From Malacoraja senta (lineage: Eukaryota), in the NCBI GenBank assembly GCA_038087875.1, contig JAXLNO010001395.1, positions 80,127 to 126,000 on the forward strand: a stretch of DNA of 45,874 nucleotides, given 5' to 3'. Of this stretch, positions 24,311-36,582 are shown piece by piece (positions within the stretch are counted from its first letter, which is position 1; each line of letters begins with the position of its first letter). The position numbers and the translations under genes were made by a program. The notes under the pieces were generated by a model. It searched no databases. It had not been told where the DNA came from and saw only the letters and a list, made by a program, of their open reading frames with translations.

Positions 24311-24745
24311 ATAGAAACATAGGAACATATAAAATAGGTGCAGGAGTAGGCCATTCGGCCCTTCGAGCCTGCACCGCCATTCAATATGTTCATGGCTGAT
24401 CATCCAACTCAGTATCCTGTACCTGCCTTCTCTCCATACCTCCTGATCCCTTTAGCCACAAGGGCCGCATCTAACTCCCTCTTAAATATAGCCAATGAAC
24501 TGGCCTCAACTACCTTCTGTGGCAGAGAATTCCACAGATTCACCACTCTCTGTGTGAAAAATGATTTTCTCATCTCGGTCCTAAAAGACTTCCCCCTTAT
24601 CCTTAAACTGTGACCCCTTGTTCTGGACTTCCCCAACATCGGGAACAGTCTTCCTGCATCTAGCCTGTCCAACCCCTTAAGAATCTTGTAAGTTTCTATA
24701 AGATCCCCCCTCAATCTTCTAAATTCTAGCGAGTACAAGCCGTCT
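24311..24745 (-). mobile_element. CR1 3' end
   Basis: GLYSLEFRRLRGDLIETYKILKG...FFTQRVVNLWNSLP; 3' UTR as at 20160-20386. Confidence 0.92.
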
Positions 24746-27700
24746 ATCCCTGTTGTCATATGATGATGATCCACTGTCAATTTTCTTTATCCATGTCAAA
24801 GTTGAAGGCCAAGGGTAAACATTATAGGTTGCAAGAAAAGGAATATCATTGAAGTTTTGCTTCACAACACCCGAGATAAATATTTATCAAGGGATGAAAT
24901 TACTGAGTAAAAGTGTGCAATAAACCTTGTATTCGTTATTCTTTGTGCTGTGATGTTGCTTTTCATAAAAGAGGATGGGACTCCTTATTTGTGTCTTGAA
25001 TTAACCGGAGAACAAAAGATCTCCTTGGACAATTGTGGTTTTGCTGAATCTTCCCTGTTGTCATTTGATGGTACAATTGCTGCCATTGCAGTATGCAGGT
25101 TGTTGCCATTGAGCAGTTTGTCCACTCTGATGCCAATTGGTTCTGATAAATATCAGTGGCAAATTCTTGTAAATCTTAGAAAGCAAGCTATCTAAAATGT
25201 CCAATAGGTCCAATTTATCTGCTTGACTGCATTTTAATATTTAATTTAATATTCATGTATCTGTTATTTTCAATAAACTTGTTTTACTCGTGCGTTTATA
25301 AGTAGCAATGTGCATCTTTATATTGGCTGAAGTATAAGTAACAAGGCTGCTAAATAATTTATATGACTGAATACTGATGACCTTTTTGCAGCTGGGAGAT
25401 GTTATAGTTGTGCTACATGTAGGTACTGATATGCTGATGATTCCAATCTTGTGTGCAAGGAGTCCAGTAAGGTACATGGATTCTTTAATGAAATAAACAT
25501 TAAAGGATTGCCACTCTGAAATTACCCAGGATGCATTGAGAGTTGAGACGGGAGCTGGTATTTAGAAGTCTGCCCACTGGTTGGCCACCAAAGCACTCCA
25601 ATCTGCAGGTGGTGCTTGTGTCGTGTATGGACAGTTCCAGTGAGAGAGGGGGGAAAGAAAGAAAGCACGAGTGGCTTACTTGCGCTGCGTGATCTCTAGT
25701 TCTTCTGAACTCTCTCTTTTTAATAATAAACTTTCAGTGGCATGTTATTGCACAGCAGATCGGTATGAAAGAGATTGAAGGTTGTGAGGAAGTTGGCAGC
25801 TCCAGAGCTGAATTCTGCCAGAATCCGGTGGCAGCTCGGTTGATCTTGTTTATATCCGAAATGATCCAGGTTGGTACCTTTTGGGAGCTGGATTGGACAG
25901 ACTGGCACTGGCTGGAGCGATGCCAAGATGCTTGGGAAGGGTGCCATGCTGAGAGTGCAAAGAAAAGCAGCCAATACTTGGCACAGCTGAATTGAAACTG
26001 CCTCCTTTTGTTTGCTTGCTGTGTTTTGTTTCTTCTCCTCCCCCACCCTCTTCTAAACCCCCACCCTCTCGCTAAGGAGCAAAATGCCATGGGGCAAAAT
26101 TACTGCTACAGGACTGAAATCTTGAACTTTTGTTTTCACAGGCTCGGGGAGTGAATGGTTAGTGTGACCAATAATTTGTGTCCTGACTGTCCATTTTTAA
26201 CTGATTAACTGTTAATTGTTGCTTTTTAACTGTAGGAGGATGTGTGAGCCTAATACTGATTGATTATTTATATTTATTATTGGCTGCATTTCATTCAGGT
26301 TAGGCAGCTTGGATGAGTTTCAGCGCGGCAGCATGGAAAGATGGTGATGGATTATTAAAAGGCAGGGTAAAAAAGGGATTGCTGTTTGGCATGGAGTCTG
26401 CGCTTCAACTAGCAACAATTGAACGAACAATGCCCAACAAGCATTGTGAATGTTTATCCATGTTAGAAATTCCTACTTTACATTTTATTTTACCTTTGAC
26501 AGTATTTTCTCCATGGGAATATGACTTAATTTGCTTAAGAAAAGCTTGTAACAGTGTGTGAAAAATCCCTCGTGTTTCTATCGTATTATGGTTGTGATAT
26601 TGGTTGCTCTTTTCAGGGGAGTTCTGTAAAGACCTGAACTCTTAGGCCAGTATTCAAATTTATAAATTATAAGAAACTGATTTACTTCAGTTTCTATTAT
26701 TAATCTCATCCTGTTATGACAAGAGTTATTCTTTTGACTTTCTTTTTTTTAATTGGCCAGAATAAACTACAAAAAGCTTTTGAAAATTGAAGTTGAGCAT
26801 CCACTGTGTTGCAAGGGCTTTCTAAATACTACAAATGAGGTGTATACTAGAGGTTTTATTGAAAAGCAATCATTTTTAAATTTTAGTTTTCAAAATTGTT
26901 TATTCAGTTGTGAAAATTGCAGCTTAATTCGTGAAAATATAGCACTATTGAAAAAGTTAGCAAACCGTTGTATTCAGTTCAACAACTAATGATTTTATAT
27001 GCATTTGAAAACCATGGCCTGTTTGTAGTGGCTTATGTCTTAGGTTTTCATACTAGAGGCATGCAGTTTTGTAAGTTAGAAGCAAGAATAGAATCCACAG
27101 TTCATTTATATAATAAAAGGATAATTTTCTTTTAGAAATTCTAATTAGATTGGCAAACTATCTCTGCATTGGGATACAGCAAAATGAAGTTTGGGAATCT
27201 GGCTATTTTTTGTACATTCTCACCTTTTTATGATTGCCATGTATCAAATGCCTTTGTAAACCCATGTCAATGGAGTAACAACATGCATGTAGCTAGAAGC
27301 ACATCAGCTTTCTTTTGAGAGGGAGAAACAGGAAGGAGCAAATGGTTGCCTCTAATGAAAGGGTTCAGGTAGGATTTAACCTTCTTTTTGTATGTAGATT
27401 ATTTTGAAGCTGAAATGAGTCAAGATTATGATTTTGTTTATATAAGTGAAAAACATTTAACAAGAGCTTGGAGCTTTGTAGCATGAAGTTAGCTTCATTG
27501 GCATGTCTAATTCAGTAGATCACTGAGTGGATGGGTCTTGAATATAAATTATTTCCATCAGTCTGATGTGATTCTGATAGCACAGCTTTTAAATATAATG
27601 ACTTACTGCAGTGTGAATTTATACACTATTTGTGGTTAATGTGGTATTGTATTAGGGATTTGGGTTGCAACAGTCCAATGACATGGAAGTTGTATAGTGA

Positions 27701-28374
27701 CATATAACCACTGTAGTGTATTGTAGAAAATAACTGGGCATCTGTGTAGTACTCTTACTAAATGGAAATTTATTTCATTAAACAATTGTTCTATAGAAAA
27801 TTATTAAATAACATTTTCTAAATTCCCCATCAGCTAAATACTCAAGTGTATGCAGAATTGGAAATTTATCATTTGATATGCCTATTACGTGCCGAGGAAT
27901 GGTGTGGTTTGTTTATATAGATTGTAAGCAAATTGGCTGTATAATTTATTGTCCAGTATAGACACAGTTAAATACAGCAAAACGTTGGAGGCCGGTTTTT
28001 CATTGTCTGGGCTTGTACTTAAAAACTAACTCGTTACAATTGTTAATTAACTATGTATTGGTGCTTCTGCTACTAACAGGCAGCAAAGCAGACCTGATGT
28101 AATTTCATCTGAAGTCCAAACACCGAGGTGATATGGTGTTAAGCATAAATTGTGGATAATTTGTATTATATACAGTTTAGTCTGTGCTATTTCCACAGAT
28201 GGTGCTGTAAGTTGAATGAAATTCTTAATCAAAAATGGAATGATAAAACGATATTTAGCACTGTCAGCAATTAAAAATATGCAAAATGCATGAAGAAAAT
28301 TTGATTTTGAGAAAAATATACTTAAAGGGATGACTCCAGTTCAGGGTGAATGCTGTCTGGATTACGAGGTATTA

Positions 28375-28983
28375 GCTACAAGCTCGAAGCACCGGCAGCC
28401 GGTGCACGAAGCTCCCGCAGCCGATGGTCGAAGCTCCCGCGTCGGGGCGATCGAAGCTCCCGCAGCCGATGGTCGAAACTCCCGCTTCGGGGCGATCGCA
28501 GCTCCCGCATCGGGGCGATCGAAGCTCCATGTCGGGGCAATCGAAGCTCTGGCGTCGGGGCGATCGAAACTCCCGCGTCGGGGCGGTTGAAGCTCCTGCG
28601 GCTTGGAGTTCCCAAAGTCGGTCTCTGACCAGAGACCGCGAGCTTTGTGATGTTAAGTCCGCAAACACCTATGGTTGGAGCTCTGAGGTCGATCCTTGGC
28701 AAAGGGATCCCGGGCTCCGTGATGTTAAAATCCCATAGGTTCCCCGTGGTGGAGCTCTCAAAAGTCGGTCTCCAGCAAAGGCCGATAACTCCACGATGTT
28801 AGGCCGCAGTGAGGACGGAGATACAATACGGAAAAGAATTGCATCTCCATCAAGTTAAGAAATTTGAAAAAGTTCCCCCCATCCTCCATAAAATGAGCTA
28901 ATGAACACTAAAAACATACATTTAACACATACTATTAAACACAAAGAAGGAAGGGACAGACAGACTGTTGCTGGCGCCACCCG
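28375..28983 (-). mobile_element. Non-coding retroposon related to 899-1575, with internal 22-23 bp tandem repeats
   Basis: Shared blocks ggggaact ttt...ggagatg...ggccta.ca.cg.tggag; repeats at 28408-28598. Confidence 0.6.
28408..28598. repeat. GC-rich minisatellite of 22-23 bp units
   Basis: About 8 variants of gaagctcccgcgtcggggcgatc / gaagctcccgcagccgatggtc. Confidence 0.9.
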
Positions 28984-29089
28984 ATGATAGAGGAGATTTG
29001 CGGGACAAGGTTTTTTAACCCAGAGAGCGGTGCATGCCTGGAATGTGCTGTCAGGATGGTGGAAGTGGCAGATAGGATAGTGACATTTA

Positions 29090-30122
29090 TGGGCTTGTCC
29101 CACTTAGGCGATTTTTCAGGCGACTCTCGGCGACTGCCAATTTGCCAGCAGTCGCCTGAGAAACCGGCAACCGGAACGGCGANNNNNNNNNNNNNNNNNN
29201 NNNNNNNNNNNNNNNNNNNNNNNNNNNNNNNNNNNNNNNNNNNNNNNNNNNNNNNNNNNNNNNNNNNNNNNNNNNNNNNNNNNNNNNNNNNNNNNNNNNN
29301 NNNNNNNNNNNNNNNNNNNNNNNNNNNNNNNNNNNNNNNNNNNNNNNNNNNNNNNNNNNNNNNNNNNNNNNNNNNNNNNNNNNNNNNNNNNNNNNNNNNN
29401 NNNNNNNNNNNNNNNNNNNNNNNNNNNNNNNNNNNNNNNNNNNNNNNNNNNNNNNNNNNNNNNNNNNNNNNNNNNNCCCGTTATGCAGGCGGGGGAGAGG
29501 GCAAGCAGGGGGAGCGTTGTCTGAGTGAAATTCACACGGTGCAAACCAAGGTGATACAGACACACATCGCGATGAACAGGAAGGTTGCCGCTGTAATTAA
29601 GATGGCTAAAGCACAGTGTACGTTAAGCCCTTTAAAAGAGGGGGTAGAGGAGGGAGAAGGAGTGAAGACAAATTTTAAGAAGTCAGAGATACACGGCTGT
29701 GAAGCTCGGCGGACATTTAACATGACCGGTCAGTTATCCTTGGTTCTGAAATCTACTGCTTACGTTTTGTTTCCCCCAATGAGCCAATGAAATTCACCGG
29801 TCAGCACTGGCTACAACCTACGAGAACCTCCGAGAACCTTCGACCACATGGCAACTCACTAGGACCTCCTGGCGACCCACCTACGGCACGAACATTCTCG
29901 CTACTCTCCTTGGCGGCTTCATTCTGGTTGCCGCTAATTTTTCAACATGTTGAAAAATTTGCTGCGACCATAACGAGGCCGCGACTAGTTCCCAGAATGC
30001 GGGAACTCCTCACGACCATGAAGGTGACTCCCCGGCAACCACCCGCGAACATGTGGCGACCATGTGGCGACTGCATAGTCTCCTGCAGTCGCCTAAAACG
30101 TCGCCCAAGTGGGACAGGCCCA
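29090..30122. mobile_element. PIF/Harbinger-like non-autonomous DNA transposon spanning the gap
   Basis: TIR tgggcttgtcccacttaggcga / tcgcccaagtgggacaggccca; flanked by tta and taa. Confidence 0.8.
29183..29476. other. Assembly gap (N run)
   Basis: Run of N. Confidence 1.
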
Positions 30123-31504
30123 TAAAGAGGCTTTCGGATAGGTACTGTATATATGGATATGGAAGGGAAACATAGAAACATAGAAAATAGGTGCAGGAGT
30201 AGGCCATTCGGCCCTTCGAGCCTGCACTGCCATTCAATATGATCATGGCTGATCATCCAACTCAGTGGAAGGAACGTGTAGGCTGATGGGGATTAGTTTA
30301 TCATGGCATTATGTTTGGCACAGACATGGTGGATCATAGGGCCTGTTCTTGTGCTATACTTTGTTCTATGTTCTATACTTCTATACTTTAGTGATGCAAT
30401 TGTGGTTTGGGGAGAGAATCCAAGTTTGTTCCTTTCTTTGAATACCATCTCTTGTCTCTAACCTGTCTGTCTCTTTTGGGGGCACTCTGCACTCTGTCTT
30501 GCAAATTCAGCAGTAATTGAAACAAAATATTCATTCTCTGCATCATCATACTCTACAGTTGTATCTAATTTGTATTTACTTTTTCTTTCTTGTATCACTT
30601 TTTAATATAATGTTTTCTATTTCACTACTTTTGTTGTAGTTTGTGAAGCACTGACCCCCCCCCCTCTATGTTTTAATATCTGTCCCTGTAAATTTGAAGT
30701 CAAGCTTTCAAATCTGTAGGGAGACCTTTCTGGTTCCAAAGTACACACACAGCAGATTTTTTCCCCATGCCCTTAACCATGATCCTCTTGTTTAAGAAGT
30801 AAAGATCCAGGCTTTGTACTATTTTTTGTTTTGTCTTTCACCATAAACCCATCTTTAGAATTCTGGAATTTATCTTAAGAATTGCTATAGAGCTGCAGCA
30901 ATTATTCTATTCTTCTTGGCAGATATGAACTTATCAAGGCCAAGCACTTCTGCCACAGAACAGCCCTAGACATTAGAGATTTTGTATTACTCATCATACA
31001 TATGCTTGCTGAGTATCATGTTCTTTATTGTACTTAATGGAATTTGCATATATAAGAATTGTACATTTTATTGAAATAGAAAGCCAGAAAACAAAGATCT
31101 TATGTCGTAGATTTATGAAGTATTCTAGGAGCATAAAAAATATAATACTTAATCTTTTACTTCATATTTATTTGGGAGCATCATATCTGAATTTATATGT
31201 ATGAAAGTAAAATTTAATTAATTCTGGCGCCAGGTTTCTCAGCAGGGTGGGATATGGAATCAAACCAGAATCTAATTATTAACTTACACAGGAACAGTGA
31301 ATTCAGGCCAAACAGAGCTAAAGAAAGTTAGTGGTACATAAAATAAAATGTTTTCTGGAGTTTTACTGAGAAAAGTTGGAATTTTTCATAATTAGTGAGA
31401 ACATGTATTATAGAAGCCAGTCTAGTGACTAGAATTATGTATTTGAAGATGATGTACCTGAGAAGTTGGTTAATGCGCCTGGCAACTTCTACCTTAGCAA
31501 GGAC

Positions 31505-31600
31505 CTATGCCACTACAATTTGCCTACCACCACAATAGATCAAAAGGGGGGTGTAATCTGGTTGGCTCTCAACTCTGTGCTGGACCACCTGGACAATAAT
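31505..31600 (+). mobile_element. Small Rex1/Babar RT fragment
   Basis: PLQFAYHHNRS...LALNSVLDHLDN. Confidence 0.6.
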
Positions 31601-31744
31601 ATCTGTTTCCTGATGCATGCACAGATGACATGGCTCTGTGTCATGGAAAATCATGATATGGACCAAGAAATAGGGATATGGACCCACCCACCCTGCAATT
31701 CAGAGATCACCTACAATTAATAGGTATGCCTACAACTAATAGCT

Positions 31745-32935
31745 CATCTCATCAAGATCTCATCCATTTCCCAATTCTTTGCTCTTAGCATCTCTTGTCT
31801 CAGAGGTAAGATAGAGTTTCCTGGTTCTCGCTTCCTGCCCACAAGCCTTGATATTCAATGAAATATTCTTCATAATTTCTGCCACTTTCAGCATGATTCC
31901 ATGACCCCCTTGATACTCACTGGAGCCTTGCTTCACATCACTGGGGCCCCACGTTCCCTCGAAACTCACTGGAGCCCTTTTTATCTGATTTCTCCTAACA
32001 CCAGGTCCCCACTTCTCGTGCATCCTGGAAGCTCACCGGGGCTGTGCTCGCTCTAAGTCAATCGGGGCACTACTTTCTGAACTCCCTTTAAACTCTCCAG
32101 GTCTGTTCCCTGCACTCCCATTAGCTCTGGAAGGTCCCACTTACCGCACTTTCTTTCAGCTCATCATGATCCTGTTTTCCTTTCTTTCCCGTGACATTTA
32201 TTGAGTACACTGGAAAACCTATTCCAACCTCGCCAATTGCATTTGGTGCTCCTGATGTGGCCTCCTTTACATCTGTGGGACCAAGCATAGAGGAGGCGAC
32301 CTGAAACCTTCTGAAGCTCCTGGTTGCTAACTATTTTAACTCTCCTTCCTATTCCCATAGCGACCTTTTCCCATAGCGACCTTTCAGACCTTGGCCTTCT
32401 CCATTGCCAGAGTAAGGTCATATGCAAAATGGAAAAGCAGCATCTCATATTGTGCTAGGATAGTCTACAACCTAATAGGGTGAACATTGAATTTCATAAT
32501 TTCACTCTCTTCCCTCTGGCCCCCAGCCACCCCAGTGCAAACACAATTCTCCCAACTCTATTCTCCCAATTCTACCACCCGAGTTGCATTGCTCCTTGCC
32601 CCTTCTCTGTTTGCTTGTCTCCCATCTCCAGGTCTCATATTACTCTTTAAACCCCTTCTTTCCCCCCTCCCCCTTGCTCACTCCCATCTGAGTCTCTTTC
32701 CACTCTTTTCCTCCCTCCAGCTTTATATTTCACTCCTTGTGGTCTTTCCTTAACTGACTCCCTTTTTTTCTTTTTCTCCTCTAGCCTTTGTAACTTACTC
32801 CACTCATCTACCAATCAACTTCCCTATATTCATCTATATTCACCCATCACTTGCCATGCTTTGCTCCAACACCCACCTATCTTTCTCAGATTTCTGTTCC
32901 CTGCTGCATCAGTCTGAAGAACGGTCACAACCTGA
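31745..32935 (+). mobile_element. Older decayed Penelope-like element (its tail resumes at 34039-34090)
   Basis: Degenerate SIPFSQFL-type and CS.CGLLYI GIY-YIG segments, KMEKQHLILCLG; pyrimidine-rich 3' region; cagtctgaaga at 32910. Confidence 0.7.
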
Positions 32936-33529
32936 TAAGCAGGTGATAGACTTCTGACCGACATCCACTATAAACCCACTGACTCCCATGGCTAACTAGA
33001 CTACACTTCTTCCCACCCTGCTTCATGTAAGGACTCCATCCCCTATTCCCAATTCCTCCATCTACACCGCATCTGCTCCCAGGATGAGGTGTTCCACACC
33101 AGGTCATCGGAAATGTCAATTCTTCAGGGAATGGGGGTTCCGCTCCCCTACTATAGATGAGGCTCTCACCAGGGTCTCTTCAATACCCCGTAACACTGCT
33201 CTCTCTCCCCATCCCCCCACTCGTAACAAGGGCAGAGTCCTCCTAGTCCTCACCTTCCACTCCACTAGCCGTCACATACAACAAATAGTCCTCCATCATT
33301 TTTGCCACCTCCAACGTGACCCCACCACTCGCCACATCTTCCCATCTCCCCCCCCCCCCCGTCTGCTTTCCGCAAAGACCGCTCCCTCCGTAACTCCCTG
33401 GTCAATTATTCCCTTCCCACCCTTCCCACCCCCTCCCCGGGCACTTTCCCTTGCAACCGCAAGAGATGCTACACTTGTCGCTTTACCTCCCCCCTCGACT
33501 CCATTCAAGGACCCAAGCAGTCGTTCCAG

Positions 33530-33847
33530 GTGCGACAGAGGTTCACCTGCACCTCCTCCAACCTCATCTATTGGATCCGCTGCTCTAGATGTCAGCTGAT
33601 CTACATCGGTGAGACCAAGCATAGGCTTGCCGATCGTTTCGCCGAACACCTCCGCTCGGTCCGCATTAACCAACCTGATCTCCCTGTGGCTCAGCACTTC
33701 AACTCCCCCTCCCATTCCGAATCCGACCTTTCCGTCCTGAGCCTCCTCTATGGCCAGAGGGAGCACCACCGGAAATTGGACGAGCAGCACCTCTTGGGCA
33801 GTTTGCACCCTAGCGGCATGAACATTGACTTCTCCAATTTCCAGTAG
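33530..33847 (+). pseudogene. Penelope GIY-YIG endonuclease domain
   Basis: SNLIYWIRCSRCQLIYIGETKHRLADRFAEH...VAQHF...GMN. Confidence 0.9.
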
Positions 33848-33939
33848 CCCTTGCTGTCTCTTCCCCTTCACAGCTCTCCCTCAGCCCTCTGGCTCCTCCT
33901 CTTCCTTTCTCCTTTCTTCTTCCCACCCCTCCACCTTAC

Positions 33940-33980
33940 ATCAGTCTGAAGAAGGGTTTCAGCCCAAAACGTTGCCTATT
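33940..33980 (+). ncRNA. Minimal type I hammerhead-ribozyme-like motif (GAAA box mutated to AAAA)
   Basis: CTGAAGA-aGGGtttcagCCC-aAAAC-GTT; GAAAC is intact in the copies at 718-745 and 10655-10682. Penelope terminal repeats are known to carry minimal hammerheads. Confidence 0.6.
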
Positions 33981-34344
33981 TCCTTCGCTCCATAGACGCT
34001 GCCGCACCCGCTGAGTTTCTCCAGCACTTTTGTCTACCCACAATCTGAAACTATCGTCTGCCCATTCCTTCCACAGATGTTGCCTCAACGGCAGTTCCTT
34101 GGGAGATAAAATGGCCAGGCTTCATGCTGAGCTCCCTGTGGAGGTTTCCAAAATTGAAATTGCGGTTTTCCTTGTAGCCAGCTTTGTATCCTTGTGGAGG
34201 CATATACTTTTCCTCCTGTTGCACACTGTGAATTCTGCTGTCACAGGAAGAACTTTTGGAAAGCTTTGGTTAGGCAGAATTTTTCCAATTAGAGGGAAAA
34301 ATGTTAAACAAAAGACAGACAGTTGACTGGACCAGAATAAATGC

Positions 34345-34710
34345 ACTGTGGTAGGAAATGGTAGTTACTGTACTAATAATCCAGAGATCTGAACCAATGA
34401 TCTGGAGAATTTGTTTGAATTCCATGCTGACAGCTGAGGAGTTAAATGAAGTTAATTGAATAACCCAGAATACAAATCTAATACCAGTAATGATAACAAT
34501 GAATCTATCAGATTATCAGTAAAATCCCATCTGCCTTATTATTGTTCCTTAGAGAACAAACTGCCATTCTTATCCAGATTGATCTATTTGTGTCTTCAAA
34601 ACTGCAATTATATTATTGACTCTTAACTATTTCTATGACAAAGTGTTACTGCTTATAGCGGTGAGCAATAAGTGTAGGCCTCGTCAGCAATGCCAATGAA
34701 TAATTAAAGA
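34345..34710 (+). mobile_element. Ancient degenerate SINE-like repeat
   Basis: Tail gcaataagtgtaggcctcgtcagcaatgcc resembles the LINE tail at 35255-35365 (ggcaatagatgcttgcttgccagcgatgc). Confidence 0.45.
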
Positions 34711-35549
34711 TGTTTCCAAGTTACTTGGCATTGATTTGGAGAATGCTATATGAGTGCTCATATACAACTTGGAGATGAATGAATGGGAACCTTTTTGTGT
34801 TTGTAAATGTTGTAGTACTAATGTGATCATGTGGGTTCCATTGTTGAGGCTCTGCATACGCTTGCTGCGGATTAATTTTCCAAAGTCCCATCAAGGAATT
34901 CCTTGTTAATCAGACATGCAATTTGCTACAGACTGTCCAATCTGACCTTTGCTTTCTGAGGCAGATGGAAAAGAGTCAGTCAAATTTTTGCCATTAGAGC
35001 AGATTATACTGATCACGGTTGAGAATGTAGGTCTCGTTTCAGTTTGACAAAGTTTTGTGATTGCCTTCAAGATGTATTGAATAATTGGTGCTTAGGTGCT
35101 AAAACAAATACTGCAGGTGCAAACCAACATTATTTTGCCCTTGAAGTCTCAATTTCCTGATGTGAAAATATATTGCTGGTCCTTCATTGTTACTGAGTTC
35201 AAATCGAAGACTTGCTGTCTAATAGCACTATTAGAGTGATTTCACTTGAAGGACTATAGTAGTTCAAGAGGGTGGCTCATCACCACTTTCACGAGGGCTA
35301 TTAGGGATGGGCAATAGATGCTTGCTTGCCAGCGATGCACAGATCCTGAAAAGTTAACAAATAAATAAAAAATAATTGAAAGAACAGCAATTTCAGTAGA
35401 AGTGTTACTATTACATGAGCTATCAACTAGAAACGCTGACTAAAATGGACAAGGTACTTCACAGGAGTACTAACAATCAAAAATGGAAAACAGGAGATAT
35501 TCGGGGAAATGCTCATTTGAAGAGGAAGATCTTAAGAGGCGCTTTGAGG

Positions 35550-35553
<4 letters not shown>

Positions 35554-35619
<66 letters not shown>
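35554..35619. repeat. (AG)n microsatellite
   Basis: Perfect dinucleotide run. Confidence 0.99.
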
Positions 35620-35621
<2 letters not shown>

Positions 35622-36414
35622 GGAGGGAGTTCCAGGAATGCTTGGTTTTGGCAAGTTGGACTGCCTTTAATGAGGCTTGCACACTCTACAGTTGTGTCTT
35701 CTCAGCCCCATTCCCGTTGAAAAACAATGCATGATTGCTGCCAAGTTTGAAAATCGCTGCCAGTAGAATACATTTGTTCATACATTCTATGCAGAATGCA
35801 GGACACTGACAAATTACTGTGACTCTTGTCTTGTGATCAATGATTCAGAAGGTCCTGGTACTTTCATTCTTCTACCCACCTGTGTTGTTTGCATATCTGT
35901 CACCAGCCATGGCACGATTACATCATTCTATTGTTAATTCTATTGTTAAACCATAATCTATGGATGATGGAAATGTTGGAAGAGAAGGTATATTCCCAAG
36001 CAGAAGTTTCCGGCTTATCTGAGTAAAGCTATAGTACTGTGATCAAGGAGAGTTTTGACTAATTTTTCTGTAATCATTATGTTATACATTTATAATTTTT
36101 TGTTTAGTTCTGGCTTACTTTGTATAATGTAATTAATAATCATTTAAATGAACCTGTTGAATTTAGATGATTTAACAAACTTTTCTCATGGCCATTTTCA
36201 ATTTTCTGGATTGTGCAAGTGTCAGGTAACCTTTAGAAAAGTATTAGAGGAGGGTCTGAAACTGAAAATCTGCATCTGTTCTAAATATAAACAAAAAGAT
36301 AATTGCAACATTGCATGGTATTAATTTGTAAGGTGCTATTCTGTAGAGTGGTATTAATTCAAGTGGTATTAATCTGTGGACAATCTGTGCCTGGACAGAT
36401 CCTGTCTGCCTCTG

Positions 36415-36582
36415 GGGAGATCAGTGGAAACGGATAGGTTCTTGATTAGTAACGGCATCAAAGGTTATGGGGAGAAAGCAAGAAAATGCGGATGACGGAA
36501 AAATAGGTCAGTTATGATCGAATGGCGGAATAGACGCGATGGGCCAAATACCCTTATTCTTCTCCTATGTTTTATGGTCTAT
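36415..36582 (+). mobile_element. CR1 3' UTR fragment
   Basis: aaggttatggggagaaagc...gaatggcgga...gatgggccaaat, similar to 20230-20370. Confidence 0.7.

Larger units (their letters stand above)
28985..30375 (+). mobile_element. Old CR1 3' fragment interrupted by a MITE (29090-30122) and an inverted CR1 tail (about 30166-30266)
   Basis: ttttaacccagagagcggtg...tggaatgtgctg; resumes aagaggctttcggatagg...gggcctgttcttgtgctatac; tggaagg repeated around the inner tail. Confidence 0.7.
32936..34038 (+). mobile_element. 5'-truncated Penelope-like (Neptune-type) retroelement
   Basis: RT C-terminus DIHYKPTDSH...SSHP...SIPYSQFL; Cys linker CNRKRCYTC; GIY-YIG domain; terminal hammerhead-like core; TSD cacaacctga/cacaatctga. 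Confidence 0.92.

Noticed and set aside
28408-28598. Palindromic short repeats and overlapping ORFs on both strands
   Set aside because: Spacer-less GC-rich minisatellite; the ORFs are artefacts of stop-poor repeats
28984-29790. Long ORFs spanning X residues
   Set aside because: Open only because of the N gap
35415-35720. ORF with RE repeats
   Set aside because: Translation of the (AG)n microsatellite
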